DNA of 64,000 nucleotides from an uncultured Eubacteriales bacterium (GTDB lineage Bacteria; Bacillota; Clostridia; TANB77; CAG-508): NCBI GenBank assembly GCA_949288185.1, contig CASEIZ010000024.1, positions 10,303 to 74,302 of the forward strand, read 5' to 3'. Shown piece by piece: positions 29,691 to 40,275 of this stretch (position 1 is its first letter; each line of letters starts with the position of its first letter). The notes under the pieces were generated by a model. It saw only the letters and a program-made list of their open reading frames with translations, ran no database searches and was not told where the DNA came from. The position numbers and the translations under genes were made by a program.

Positions 29691-29814
29691 TTTTCATAGA
29701 TCAGTTTTTAAACTGGTCTATTTTAATACGTTAAAAATATTAGACATATATCTTGTTTTTAATTTTATAATATGTCATAATGTTGCCTGTGAGAATAAAA
29801 AAGGGAAGGAGAAA

Positions 29815-30576
29815 GTGATGATTAAAGTAGAGCATATAACAAAGAAATTTGTTAGAAATAAAAACAAAAAAGAAAAAGAAGTTTTTTTAGCAGACAATGA
29901 CATCACCTTTGAGGCAAATGACGGAGAAATTATTGGGATACTTGGACCAAATGGAGCAGGAAAAACAACGCTATTAAGAATGATAGCAGGAATATTAGAA
30001 CCAACAGAAGGAAAAATTACTTTTGATGGAAAAAATTATAAAGATAATGAAATTGAAATTAAGCAAAATATTGCTTATCTATCAGGAAATACAAAAATAT
30101 ATGACACATTATCAACTTATGAATTATTAAAAATGTGTTGTGATATATATGGAGTAGATAAGGAAAATAGCGAAAAGAGAATAAAAGAAATTACAAAAGT
30201 ATTAGGAATGGAACAATTTTTGTATAATAAAATTGCAAACCTATCAACAGGACAAACTCAAAAAGTAAATTTAGCAAGATGTTTAGTCCATAATCCAAAA
30301 TATTATATTTTAGATGAGGCAACAACAGGATTAGATATTATATCTAGTCAAATTATATTAAACTTCATAAAAGAAGAAAGAGAAAAAGGAAAAACAATAC
30401 TATACTCTACTCACTACATGGAAGAAGCAGAAAACATATGTAATAGGGTAATCATGATAAATAAAGGAAAAATTATTAAAGCTGGAACACCAGAAGAAAT
30501 TAAAAAGGATACAAATACAACAAATTTAAGAGATGCGTTCTTTGCAATGATTGGAGGTGTTTCAGATGAAGAATAA
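29815..30576 (+). CDS. ABC transporter ATP-binding protein (ABC-2/NatA-like)
   Basis: GPNGAGKTT, LSTGQTQK, ILDEAT. Confidence 0.9.
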   Translation: MMIKVEHITKKFVRNKNKKEKEVFLADNDITFEANDGEIIGILGPNGAGKTTLLRMIAGILEPTEGKITFDGKNYKDNEIEIKQNIAYLSGNTKIYDTLSTYELLKMCCDIYGVDKENSEKRIKEITKVLGMEQFLYNKIANLSTGQTQKVNLARCLVHNPKYYILDEATTGLDIISSQIILNFIKEEREKGKTILYSTHYMEEAENICNRVIMINKGKIIKAGTPEEIKKDTNTTNLRDAFFAMIGGVSDEE

Positions 30577-31714
30577 TTTATGGAATATATTAAAAAAGGA
30601 GCTTCGAGAATTATTTAGAGATAAAAAGTCTTTAGCCATGATGCTTGTTATACCAATATTTATACCACTTTTAGTTATCGGAATGTCAGCTTTATTTGAA
30701 TCACAAATAAGTAAAGATGTAAGTGAATATAATAAAATTGGTTTCGCATATGAAATGACAGATGTAGAAAAAAGTATAGCAGAGGAAATGGATATAGAAA
30801 TTGTAAATGGAAATGATGAAGAATTAAAACAAAAATATGATGAAGGAGAAATTGACCTTTATATTACAAAACAAGACAATAAATATATTATAAATACAGA
30901 TGGTTCTGATAATAGTACATTCGCAAGTGGTTTAATGGAAACATATTTTAATACATATAAACAATACTTACAACAAAGTTATTTACAAGAAAATAACCTA
31001 AATCCAGATGAGGTATTAAATATAATTACAGTAGAAGAAAATATGATTGAACAAGATAATTACTTTGCAAACTACATTAAAAACTATGCTTTCTTGTTTA
31101 TAATGATGGCAATAACAGTATCTGCTACATATCCTGCAACTGATACAACAGCAGGAGAAAGAGAAAGAGGTACATTAGAAACATTACTTACATTTCCAAT
31201 AAAGAGCAAAGATATTATTGTAGGAAAATTTTTAGGAGTTACAGTATCATCAATTATTACAGGAATCATCAGCTTACTATTGGCAATTGTATCTTTAGTG
31301 GTTACAAAGAATATGTTTTCAATATATGAAGGAATAGATGTAATGTTTTCACCAATTACAATAGTATTTGCAGTAATAGTAATTATTGCATACTCATTCT
31401 TTATAAGTGGTCTATGTATTGCTATTGCAAGTACATCAAAAACATTTAAAGAGGCACAAAGTGCATTAACACCTCTAACATTTATATCATTCTTTCCAGG
31501 GATGATTGCATTTATGATGGGAATAACTTCAACACCAATACTTTCAATAGTACCATTCTTAAACTTTACATTGATTTTTACAGATATAAATAATGGAACG
31601 ATAGATTTGTTAAATATTGCATTAATGACAATATCTACAATTGTTTATATAAGTTTAGTATTGGCATATATTATAAAACAATATAAATCAGAAAAAGTAT
31701 TATTTGCAAAATAA
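30566..31714 (+). CDS. ABC-2 family permease (NatB-like)
   Basis: N-terminal TM, large loop, then 5 C-terminal TMs. Overlaps the ATPase stop. Confidence 0.7.
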   Translation: MKNNLWNILKKELRELFRDKKSLAMMLVIPIFIPLLVIGMSALFESQISKDVSEYNKIGFAYEMTDVEKSIAEEMDIEIVNGNDEELKQKYDEGEIDLYITKQDNKYIINTDGSDNSTFASGLMETYFNTYKQYLQQSYLQENNLNPDEVLNIITVEENMIEQDNYFANYIKNYAFLFIMMAITVSATYPATDTTAGERERGTLETLLTFPIKSKDIIVGKFLGVTVSSIITGIISLLLAIVSLVVTKNMFSIYEGIDVMFSPITIVFAVIVIIAYSFFISGLCIAIASTSKTFKEAQSALTPLTFISFFPGMIAFMMGITSTPILSIVPFLNFTLIFTDINNGTIDLLNIALMTISTIVYISLVLAYIIKQYKSEKVLFAK

Positions 31715-31831
31715 AATTATGAAATATTCTATATTTAGTAATAAGTATAGAATATTTTTTTTGCCTTAAATAATGTATAAATTAAGTAATTATGCTATAA
31801 TAAATCCGAATGTATAAATGAGGTGAAGGTT

Positions 31832-32494
31832 ATGAAAAAAATATTAATAGTAGAAGATGATACAAGTATAAGTGAAGAATTAAAAAATTTATTAGATAAC
31901 GCAGGATTTAATGGAGTGGTTTTAAAAGATTTTGAAAACTCTTTTGAAGAAATAAAAAAGGAAAATCCAGACTTAATATTATTAGATATAAACATTCCAA
32001 AATTGAATGGAGAAATGCTATTACAAAAAATAAGAAAAGAAAGCAATGTTCCAATTATCATGGTAACAAGCAAAAATACAGAAGCAGATGAAGTTTTATC
32101 TATGAGCTATGGAGCAGATGACTATATAACAAAACCATATAATCCAACCATTTTGCTTTTAAGAATAAATGCAATCTTTAAAAGAATGGAAAATAAGAGT
32201 GATATTTTAGCTTATAATGAATTAGAAATAGATCCTAAAAAAGGAATTATAAAAAATGAAAAGGAAGAAATTATTTTAACAAAAAATGAGATGATTATAT
32301 TTACATTTTTGTTAGCGAATAAAGGAAATATTGTAACAAGAGATGAGTTAATGACTGACCTTTGGAATAATGATTCTTACATAAACGATAATGCCTTAAA
32401 TGTCAATATAAGCAGATTAAGGACAAAATTAAAAGATTTTGGATATGAAGATGCGATTGAAACAAGAAAAGGGCAAGGATATATATTAAAATAA
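31832..32494 (+). CDS. OmpR-family response regulator (BceR-like)
   Basis: KKILIVEDD, LILLDINIP, ADDYITKPY, winged helix ending GQGYIL. Confidence 0.9.
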   Translation: MKKILIVEDDTSISEELKNLLDNAGFNGVVLKDFENSFEEIKKENPDLILLDINIPKLNGEMLLQKIRKESNVPIIMVTSKNTEADEVLSMSYGADDYITKPYNPTILLLRINAIFKRMENKSDILAYNELEIDPKKGIIKNEKEEIILTKNEMIIFTFLLANKGNIVTRDELMTDLWNNDSYINDNALNVNISRLRTKLKDFGYEDAIETRKGQGYILK

Positions 32495-32515
32495 TTTTGA
32501 AACGAGGAAAAAAGA

Positions 32516-33535
32516 ATGAAGTTAAGTAAATATTTAAGAAGTAATTACCTAATTATATTATTGTTTATTGTTATTATATCCATCATAAATTTAATGTTAG
32601 TATCATTCAAAGTGCAAAATCAAGCAATAATGGGTGTAAATTTAACAGCTATTTTAGGATTTATCATATATGTAGTTTACGACTTTGGAAGAAGAAAGAA
32701 ATTTTATAATAAATTCTTAAATGATTTAGATTTATTGGACAAAAAATATTTAATAACAGAAATGATTGATAAACCCGAATTTTATGATGGAGAAATCTTA
32801 TATGATACCTTATATGAAATAGATAAATCCATGTCAGAAAAAATAAAAGAATATAGTTTAAACATACAAGATTTTAAGGAATATATAGAAATGTGGATTC
32901 ACGAAGTAAAATTGCCACTTGCTTCAATAAATCTAATGATACATAATCATAAAGAATTATCAGACAAAAAGATTGTAGAACAATTAAAAAGAATAGATGA
33001 TGATGTAGAGCAAGTTCTATATTATGTAAGAAGTGAAAATGCTGAAAAAGATTATTTAATTAAAGAAACAGAACTAAATAAAGTAATTGGAAATGTTGCT
33101 ATGAAAAATAAAGATATATTACTTGAAAATAAAATTGATTTTATTGTAGATGTTGATGATAAAAAAGTTTTAACAGATTCTAAATGGCTTGAATTTATCG
33201 TAAATCAAATTGTAAGTAATAGTATTAAATATATAAGAAATGGCGTAGAGCATTTCATAAAAATAACAGCTGAAGAAAATAATAAAAATACGATTTTAAA
33301 AATATATGATAATGGAATAGGAATAGAAAAAAGTGATATTCCAAAAGTATTTGATAAAACATTTACTGGAAGCAATGGAAGAAAAATAGAAACATCAACT
33401 GGTATGGGATTATATATTGCAAAGCAACTTTGTAAGAAACTAGGACATAAAATTGCAATAGATTCAAAAGAAAATGAATTTACTGAAGTATCTATTTTGT
33501 TTAATAAAGATGATTTTTTAAATATTGCAAAGTAA
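32516..33535 (+). CDS. Intramembrane-sensing histidine kinase (BceS-like)
   Basis: Two N-terminal TMs with almost no loop, H-box IHEVKLPL, N/G boxes NSIKY and GMGLYIA. Confidence 0.85.
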   Translation: MKLSKYLRSNYLIILLFIVIISIINLMLVSFKVQNQAIMGVNLTAILGFIIYVVYDFGRRKKFYNKFLNDLDLLDKKYLITEMIDKPEFYDGEILYDTLYEIDKSMSEKIKEYSLNIQDFKEYIEMWIHEVKLPLASINLMIHNHKELSDKKIVEQLKRIDDDVEQVLYYVRSENAEKDYLIKETELNKVIGNVAMKNKDILLENKIDFIVDVDDKKVLTDSKWLEFIVNQIVSNSIKYIRNGVEHFIKITAEENNKNTILKIYDNGIGIEKSDIPKVFDKTFTGSNGRKIETSTGMGLYIAKQLCKKLGHKIAIDSKENEFTEVSILFNKDDFLNIAK

Positions 33536-33553
33536 CATTACAATTTTGTAATG
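33536..33553 (+). promoter_or_regulatory. Perfect palindrome CATTACAATTTTGTAATG, candidate BceR-type box
   Basis: Contains TTACA-N4-TGTAA about 45 nt upstream of TATAAT at 33596, preceding the BceA-like gene. Confidence 0.6.
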
Positions 33554-33623
33554 TTTAGTAATTTTAAAAGAAGGACAAATAAAAGCAAATCTTCTATAAT
33601 GAAAATGAAAGGAGAGATGAAAG

Positions 33624-34391
33624 ATGTCAAATATTTTAAAAATTGATAAAGTAGAAAAATATTATGGTAGCAAGTCAAGTTTAACAAAGGCTTTAGATAA
33701 TCTATCATTTGAAGTAGATAAAGGAGAATTTGTTGCAATCATGGGAGCATCAGGTTCTGGAAAAACTACACTATTAAATTGTATTTCTACAATTGACAAA
33801 GTTACATCTGGACACATTTTCGTTGGAGGAGAAGATATTACAAAACTAAAAGGAAATAACTTAAATAAGTTTAGAAGAGAAAAATTAGGATTTATATTCC
33901 AAGATTTTAACCTTTTAGATACACTAACAGCTTATGAAAATATATCATTGGCACTTTCTATTCAAAATAAGAGTGCAAAAGAAATTGAAAAAAGGGTAAA
34001 TGATGTAGCAACTAAATTAGGAATAAAAGATGTATTACAAAAGTACCCTTATCAAATGTCAGGAGGGCAAAAACAAAGAGTGGCATCAGCAAGAGCAATT
34101 ATAACAGACCCACAAATTGTTTTAGCAGATGAGCCAACAGGTGCGCTGGACAGCAAGTCATCAAGAATGTTACTAGAAAGTTTTGATTACTTAAATGAAA
34201 AATTAAATACAACAATTTTGATGGTTACACATGACAGTTTTTGTGCTTCTTATGCAAGTAGAGTAATATTTATAAAAGATGGTAAAGTATTTAATGAAAT
34301 TATAAAAGGTAACAGTTCAAGAAAGGATTTCTTTGACAAGATTATAGATGTTGTAACCTTGCTTGGAGGTGAGGAAAATGACAACTATTAA
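33624..34391 (+). CDS. ABC transporter ATP-binding protein (BceA/MacB type)
   Basis: GASGSGKTT, MSGGQKQR, LADEPTG. Confidence 0.9.
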   Translation: MSNILKIDKVEKYYGSKSSLTKALDNLSFEVDKGEFVAIMGASGSGKTTLLNCISTIDKVTSGHIFVGGEDITKLKGNNLNKFRREKLGFIFQDFNLLDTLTAYENISLALSIQNKSAKEIEKRVNDVATKLGIKDVLQKYPYQMSGGQKQRVASARAIITDPQIVLADEPTGALDSKSSRMLLESFDYLNEKLNTTILMVTHDSFCASYASRVIFIKDGKVFNEIIKGNSSRKDFFDKIIDVVTLLGGEENDNY

Positions 34392-36465
34392 ATTGTCTTT
34401 TAGAAATATAAAGAAAAGTTTTAAAGATTATGCAATATATTTCTTTACTTTAATATTAGGTGTTGCAATATTTTATGTATTTAACAGTATAGAAAGTCAA
34501 ACCGTACTATTAGATGTAACAAATAGCACATATGAAGTTATAGATTTGATGACGAATATGTTATCAGGAGCAAGTGTCTTCGTAGCATTTATTCTAGGAT
34601 TTTTAATAATATATGCAAGTAGATTTTTAATAAAAAGAAGAAATAAAGAATTTGGTATATATATGCTTTTAGGCATGAGTAAAAGAAAAATATCTATGAT
34701 ACTATTCTTTGAAACTATCTTAATTGGTATTATATCATTAGCTGTTGGGTTAGGAATTGGGGTATTGCTTTCACAACTTATGAGTATGTTAGTTGCAAAT
34801 ATGTTTGAAGCAGATATGACAAAATATGAATTTATTTTTTCAAGTCAAGCATGTATTAAAACAATAATATATTTTGGAATAATGTACGCCATTGTAATGT
34901 TATTTAATACAATAAATGTTGGAAAATGTAAATTAATTGATTTAATCCAAACTAATAAAAAATCCGAAACAGTAAAAATGAAAAATCCAGTGCTTTGTAC
35001 CATAGTATTTATCATATCAGCCATAGCTCTAGGATATGCTTATTATATGGTAACAGGTGGAATAAATGAAACAATTAAGACTCCAGAAGATATATTTAAA
35101 CCAATTGTAATTGGAGCAGTATCTACATTTTTCATATTTTGGTCTTTATCAGGATTAATTTTAAAAGCCGTTATGAGTATGAAAAATTTATATGTAAAAG
35201 GATTAAATACTTTTACATTTAGACAATTAAGTAGTAAGATAAACACAACAGTATTTTCAATGACAATTATATCTTTAATGCTATTTGTAACGATTTGTGT
35301 GTTATCAAGTAGTTTATCACTTAAAAATTCTATGACAGCAAATTTAGATGAACTTGCACCAGCAGATATTCAATTAACTATTTCAGTTAAAGATGATGAC
35401 TGGTTAGATCAAGGATATAACGAACAACAAATAGAAAATTCAAAATTAGGTGTTAGAAAAAATTTAGAAGCTCTAAATTTAGATTTAGATAATTATTTAA
35501 ATGAAAGTGTAGAATATAACATATATCGAACAGAAGATTTAACATTTGATGATACATTAGGAAATAGCATGGAAGAAGTTGAAAGAAATTACTTAACTTC
35601 TATGATACCTTATTCTGTTTCAGAAATGATTATGACAATAAGCGATTATAACAATGTAGCCAAAATATATAATAATGAACAATATACATTAAATGATGAT
35701 GAATATATGATAATAGCAGATTATGATTCAATGATTCAAATTAGAAATATTGCATTAAAGAATAATGAAGAAATAAATGTATTTGGGCATACATTAAAAC
35801 CAAAATATAATGAATGTAAAGATGGATTTGTAGACATGTCAAGTAATCATATAAATTCTGGAATAATAGTAGTACCAGATAGTGTTGTAGATAATAGTTT
35901 TAAGGCATATAATTCAATAATTGGAAATTATAAAACAGAATCTTTAGATGAACAAAAAGATATAGAAAATACAATAAAAAATTTAATAAATAATCCACTT
36001 TCAGAACAATACAATTTACCAACAGTTAATACTAGATTAGATATAAGCGAAGCAAGTATTGGACTTGGTACATTGGTAACATTTTTAGGATTATATCTAG
36101 GAATTGTATTTTTAATAGCAAGTGTTGCTATTCTTGCTTTAAAAGAACTAACAGAAAGTGCAGACAATAAAGAAAGATATAATATGCTACGAAAATTAGG
36201 AGCAGATGAAAAAATGATAAATAAATCATTATTTAGACAAATTGCAATTTTCTTTATGTTCCCATTGTTAATAGCAATTATTCATTCAATCTTTGGAATA
36301 ACATTTTGTAGTTATATTATAGAAACATTTGGAAACGAACAGCTATTACCATCAATTATTATGACAGCAATATTTATTGTAGTAATTTATGGTGGATATT
36401 TCTTAATAACATATTTATCTAGCAAAAATATTATAAAGGAGAACAGAAATGCCAGAGAATATTAA
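34378..36465 (+). CDS. FtsX-family permease with large extracellular domain (BceB-like)
   Basis: GGAGGTGAGG RBS before ATG 34378. 4+6 TM topology with a loop of about 200 aa. Confidence 0.85.
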   Translation: MTTIKLSFRNIKKSFKDYAIYFFTLILGVAIFYVFNSIESQTVLLDVTNSTYEVIDLMTNMLSGASVFVAFILGFLIIYASRFLIKRRNKEFGIYMLLGMSKRKISMILFFETILIGIISLAVGLGIGVLLSQLMSMLVANMFEADMTKYEFIFSSQACIKTIIYFGIMYAIVMLFNTINVGKCKLIDLIQTNKKSETVKMKNPVLCTIVFIISAIALGYAYYMVTGGINETIKTPEDIFKPIVIGAVSTFFIFWSLSGLILKAVMSMKNLYVKGLNTFTFRQLSSKINTTVFSMTIISLMLFVTICVLSSSLSLKNSMTANLDELAPADIQLTISVKDDDWLDQGYNEQQIENSKLGVRKNLEALNLDLDNYLNESVEYNIYRTEDLTFDDTLGNSMEEVERNYLTSMIPYSVSEMIMTISDYNNVAKIYNNEQYTLNDDEYMIIADYDSMIQIRNIALKNNEEINVFGHTLKPKYNECKDGFVDMSSNHINSGIIVVPDSVVDNSFKAYNSIIGNYKTESLDEQKDIENTIKNLINNPLSEQYNLPTVNTRLDISEASIGLGTLVTFLGLYLGIVFLIASVAILALKELTESADNKERYNMLRKLGADEKMINKSLFRQIAIFFMFPLLIAIIHSIFGITFCSYIIETFGNEQLLPSIIMTAIFIVVIYGGYFLITYLSSKNIIKENRNAREY

Positions 36466-36595
36466 TTGGAATGGAGTAATACAAAGCATAACAGACTTTT
36501 GGCTTCCGTTATTAGGTTGGATAATTGGAATAATAGTTGTAATTGTCATTGTACTTATAATAAAGAAAATTAAAGATAAAAAAGATAAATATTAA
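36449..36595 (+). CDS. 48-aa single-pass membrane peptide, not in the ORF track
   Basis: AAAGGAG RBS. MPENINWNGVIQSITDFWLPLLGWIIGIIVVIVIVLIIKKIKDKKDKY. Overlaps the permease stop. Confidence 0.45.
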   Translation: MPENINWNGVIQSITDFWLPLLGWIIGIIVVIVIVLIIKKIKDKKDKY

Positions 36596-36609
36596 AGGAG
36601 TGGATTATA

Positions 36610-36816
36610 ATGATTAAGAATAAAGAAAATTTTATTATTACAATTAAATATCTTATATCATTATTCATATCAATAAAATTTGGTAATATAGTATGTAACT
36701 TTTTTGAGAAAGCAACTGTAAATGTATGGATAGCAAGAGGAATAGGGGCTATTGTATGTGTTTTGGTAGGGTTAATGTTTTATAGTTTATGGATTAAAAA
36801 AATAAAAAAGCAATAA
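36610..36816 (+). CDS. Small two-pass membrane protein
   Basis: AAAGGAG RBS and two hydrophobic helices. Confidence 0.45.
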   Translation: MIKNKENFIITIKYLISLFISIKFGNIVCNFFEKATVNVWIARGIGAIVCVLVGLMFYSLWIKKIKKQ

Positions 36817-36863
36817 GCTAAAATAAGGATTTAAAAGGTTAGTTTTATGACTAATCTTTTAAA

Positions 36864-36877
36864 TTACAAAAATGTAA
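36864..36877 (+). promoter_or_regulatory. TTACAAAAATGTAA box (BceR-type inverted repeat)
   Basis: Same core as at 37535 and 41054. About 45 nt upstream of GATATAAT at 36918. Confidence 0.5.
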
Positions 36878-37070
36878 GAAATTTGTAAGATAAAAAAATA
36901 GCAAGATAGACAATAAATTGATATAATATAGATAATACTTTATTTAGGTATTAATTAAATCAAGGCAATAGTTAATATAACTATATACTAATTATATTTT
37001 ACTTGTAAGAGTTAAATAACTATGCAAGAAATCACACTAGATTGATGTTTATAGAAAAGGAGAATTGAAT

Positions 37071-37430
37071 ATGAGTTTAATCGGAAACATCTTATGGTTT
37101 ATTTTTGGAGGTCTATTTAGTGGACTTTCATGGGTATTATCAGGAATAATATGGTGTATAACTATCGTTGGAATTCCATATGGTAAGCAGTGTTTTAAAT
37201 TTGCATCTATGTCATTTGCACCTTTTGGTAAGGAAATAGAATATGGAGGAGGAGTACCATCTTTATTTGCCAATATAATTTGGATTATCTTTTTTGGTAT
37301 TCCAATGGCAATAGAGAACTTCATATTTGGTTGTATTTGGTGCATAACAATTGTTGGAATACCATTTGGATTGCAATTTTTTAAGATTGCCAAACTTGCT
37401 TTAGCACCATTTGGAGCAAGAATCGTTTAG
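37071..37430 (+). CDS. YccF-domain inner membrane protein
   Basis: Duplicated motif W.ITIVGIP(Y/F)G.Q.FK.A. Terminator hairpin at 37499-37520. Confidence 0.75.
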   Translation: MSLIGNILWFIFGGLFSGLSWVLSGIIWCITIVGIPYGKQCFKFASMSFAPFGKEIEYGGGVPSLFANIIWIIFFGIPMAIENFIFGCIWCITIVGIPFGLQFFKIAKLALAPFGARIV

Positions 37431-37534
37431 AACATAAGGAACTATGAAATTTTTGGATTTTAAAACATCAATTTAAGACTAGTGTGATTTTAAGGGAGGG
37501 TAGCAGATGCTATCCTCTTGTTTTCCTTTGCTAT

Positions 37535-37550
37535 CTTACAAAAATGTAAG
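37535..37550 (+). promoter_or_regulatory. CTTACAAAAATGTAAG box
   Basis: Perfect CTTACA-N4-TGTAAG palindrome immediately upstream of a TTGAAG..TATAAT promoter. Confidence 0.5.
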
Positions 37551-37596
37551 TTGAAGAACAAAAAAATGTGATATAATTATTCAGGAGGTTAAAATT

Positions 37597-37881
37597 ATGC
37601 AAAAAATTTTAATAGTAGAAGAAGATAAGAAAATTAGAAAAGAATTAGAAACATTTTTAAATAAACATGGATTTTTAGCAAAAGGATTAGAAAAATTGCA
37701 GGTGGATAATGAGAATTGTTTTAATAGTGTTAAAGTATCTGAAAATAATGAAAATACAAGTTTTGATATAGATACAAGTGAAAAATTTTATATGCTAATT
37801 AAAGAAAAGGATAACCGATTTAAGTATGTATATAAAAATGAAACTGGTGAAGAAATTAGTGTTTTATTAGAATATTTATAA
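37597..37881 (+). CDS. Hypothetical protein whose first ~30 aa resemble a response-regulator receiver N-terminus
   Basis: MQKILIVEEDKKIRKELETFLNKHGF parallels MKKILIVEDDTSISEELKNLLDNAGF (31832). The phospho-acceptor region is absent. Confidence 0.4.
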   Translation: MQKILIVEEDKKIRKELETFLNKHGFLAKGLEKLQVDNENCFNSVKVSENNENTSFDIDTSEKFYMLIKEKDNRFKYVYKNETGEEISVLLEYL

Positions 37882-37887
37882 AGAATG

Positions 37888-37934
37888 TTGATGAGGGTAG
37901 TTATATTGATAATTACTCTCATTTATGATATTAT
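37888..37934 (+). promoter_or_regulatory. Repeated palindromic promoter element, copy a
   Basis: gagggtagttat-attg-ataattactctc hairpin with TTGATA (37906) -N17- TATTAT (37929). Copies at 44672 and 52157. Confidence 0.65.
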
Positions 37935-37970
37935 CTAAACAATAAATGAAATTTATTAGGAGAGAATACA

Positions 37971-38390
37971 ATGTTAAATATTGAATATATGAAATATTTA
38001 GATGATGAATTAGATTGCTTAATAGGAAAAGAATTTAATAAAGTTGCTGTAAAAAATGGTCTAACATGCAATTACACACCATTTAACTTTATTGCAAAAG
38101 AGAATGATAAAATTGTTGGAATAATAACAGGTCATTCATATTATAAAGAAGTTTTTATAGCTGACCTTATCATCCTTGAAGAATATAGAAATAAACACAT
38201 TGGAACTAAACTTATGAAAACAGTTGAAGATTATTTTAAAGATAAAGGGTTTGAAAATATAAATCTAACTACATATAATTTTCAGGCACCAGAATTTTAT
38301 AAAAAATGTGGTTTTGAAGTAGAATTTATAAGAAAGAATAAAGAAAATAACAAATTAAATAAATATTATTTAGTTAAATATTTTAAATAA
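37971..38390 (+). CDS. GNAT-family N-acetyltransferase
   Basis: YRNKHIGTKLMKTVEDY. Same subfamily as 61322-61756. Confidence 0.75.
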   Translation: MLNIEYMKYLDDELDCLIGKEFNKVAVKNGLTCNYTPFNFIAKENDKIVGIITGHSYYKEVFIADLIILEEYRNKHIGTKLMKTVEDYFKDKGFENINLTTYNFQAPEFYKKCGFEVEFIRKNKENNKLNKYYLVKYFK

Positions 38391-38403
38391 GGGGGCTAGA
38401 AAT

Positions 38404-39273
38404 ATGAAATATAATATGTGTTGGGATATTACATCTAAATGTAATGATAATTGCAAATTTTGTTATAGAAATAAAATAAAAAAAGATTTGAGTGTAGAAG
38501 AAAATAGAAAGATTTTAAAGAACATATATGATTCAAAAATAATTAATAAATTGACAATATGTGGCGGAGAACCATTAATATATAAAGGCTTATTTGATTT
38601 ATTGGGAAGTATTGAAAAGCCAGAAGATATAAGTTTATCAATAGTAACAAATGGAATAAAACTTGCAAAATATAATCCAGAAGATGGTAAGTTTGTTATA
38701 AATGAAGAATTAATAAATAAATTAATAAAACATTTTAAATGGATATGTTTTTCAATTGATGCGTCAAGTCAAGAAGTTGAAACATTAGTAAGTAGAAATA
38801 ATCTTCATGTAGACAGAATAAGGGTAATATTAGATTATTTAAAAGAAAAAAATCTCAATGTAAATATAAAAATAAATACTTTAGTATGTAAGCAAAATTT
38901 TGAAGAAATACCTGATTTATATAATTTTATATCAAAATATGAATTTATAAAAAGATGGAAACTATTTAGATATTTAGGAGAAAATAATTCAGAGAATATA
39001 AACAAATATTTTGAAATTGATAACATTAATTTTAATAGAACTAAAGATTTTGTGAACAATATTAAAAATGATAATATAAAAATAAACATCAATGATATAG
39101 ATACTTACAATGGAACATATATAATGTTGAAACAAGATGGAACTGTGGAAGTAAGCTATGAAGGAAAACTAAAAGAGGTATTAGATTTGAAAACGGATGA
39201 TATTAGACAGATAGAAAACATACAAGAATTTAACAAAGAAAAGCATAAACAAACACACGGAATTAATTTTTAA
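38404..39273 (+). CDS. Radical-SAM viperin homolog (prokaryotic viperin, pVip)
   Basis: CNDNCKFCY cluster, ICGGEPL, SIVTNG, FSIDAS. IKRWKLFRYLGENN aligns with human viperin VRWKVFQCLLIEGEN. Collinear with viperin over the whole length by eye. Confidence 0.75.
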   Translation: MKYNMCWDITSKCNDNCKFCYRNKIKKDLSVEENRKILKNIYDSKIINKLTICGGEPLIYKGLFDLLGSIEKPEDISLSIVTNGIKLAKYNPEDGKFVINEELINKLIKHFKWICFSIDASSQEVETLVSRNNLHVDRIRVILDYLKEKNLNVNIKINTLVCKQNFEEIPDLYNFISKYEFIKRWKLFRYLGENNSENINKYFEIDNINFNRTKDFVNNIKNDNIKININDIDTYNGTYIMLKQDGTVEVSYEGKLKEVLDLKTDDIRQIENIQEFNKEKHKQTHGINF

Positions 39274-39378
39274 TTTATAATAAATAATATATAACTATTT
39301 TAATGACCAAAGTAAATAGTATTTGTAAGACTACTGAAACAACAATATTCTTTTTTAGTAATGAGAGGGGAAATTAAA

Positions 39379-40224
39379 ATGGATTTTAAAGATAAAGAGT
39401 ATGAGGAGATAAGTCCAACAGCAATAGTGACATCATATCCAAGAACTTTTACAGATATACCTTATGAAAAAGAAATATATGATTGGTTAGAAAACCATTG
39501 TGAAGAACCAACAACATTATATAAAAATTTAGCTCCAGAATTAGAAGCAAGATATAAGCAAATTAATAAATTATTAGATGAATCTGGAATAAAGCAAGTT
39601 ATAGAAATAGCAGCAGGTTATTCTTCTAGAGGATTAATTTATTCTCAAAAAGGATATAATTATATAGAAATGGACCTTGAAGGTGTTTCAAAAAATAAAA
39701 AAGACTTATTAAATACTATCAATTCAAATATTCCTTCTAATTTAAAAATTGTTACAGGAAATGCCTTAAGCAAAGATGACTTTAACAAATGTAAAGAATA
39801 TTTAAAAGAAAATGAACCAGTAGCAATAATTAATGAAGGACTGTTGAGATATTTGACATTTGAAGAGAAAAAGATTGTAGCTGAAAATATTTACGAAATT
39901 TTATCAAAATATGGAGGAATATGGATTACATCTGATGTAACACCAAAAAAATTTATTGTATCACAAAATAGAGCTTTAAAAGGATTTAATAATAATGTAA
40001 CAACAATTACATCAAGAAATAATTTAGATAATAGGTTTGAAGATATAGAACATGTAAAAGAGTTTTTTGGAGAGATTGGTTTTGAAGTTGCAGAAGTACA
40101 TAAATTCAATGAAGTAAAAAATGAATTGTATTCAATCAATGAACTAAATATTATTGATGAAAAAATAGAACAAACTTTGGAAGATGCTATTAATGTCGTA
40201 ATGAAAGTTAAAATTAAAAAATAA
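39379..40224 (+). CDS. Class-I SAM-dependent methyltransferase (LCM/TcmP-like)
   Basis: Motif I VIEIAAGYSSRG, acidic loop IEMDLE, post-I GNAL, INEGLLRYL. Confidence 0.6.
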   Translation: MDFKDKEYEEISPTAIVTSYPRTFTDIPYEKEIYDWLENHCEEPTTLYKNLAPELEARYKQINKLLDESGIKQVIEIAAGYSSRGLIYSQKGYNYIEMDLEGVSKNKKDLLNTINSNIPSNLKIVTGNALSKDDFNKCKEYLKENEPVAIINEGLLRYLTFEEKKIVAENIYEILSKYGGIWITSDVTPKKFIVSQNRALKGFNNNVTTITSRNNLDNRFEDIEHVKEFFGEIGFEVAEVHKFNEVKNELYSINELNIIDEKIEQTLEDAINVVMKVKIKK

Positions 40225-40275
40225 ATATTATAAAACGGTTAAAGAGATTGCGAACAATCTCTTTAATCATTTCAA

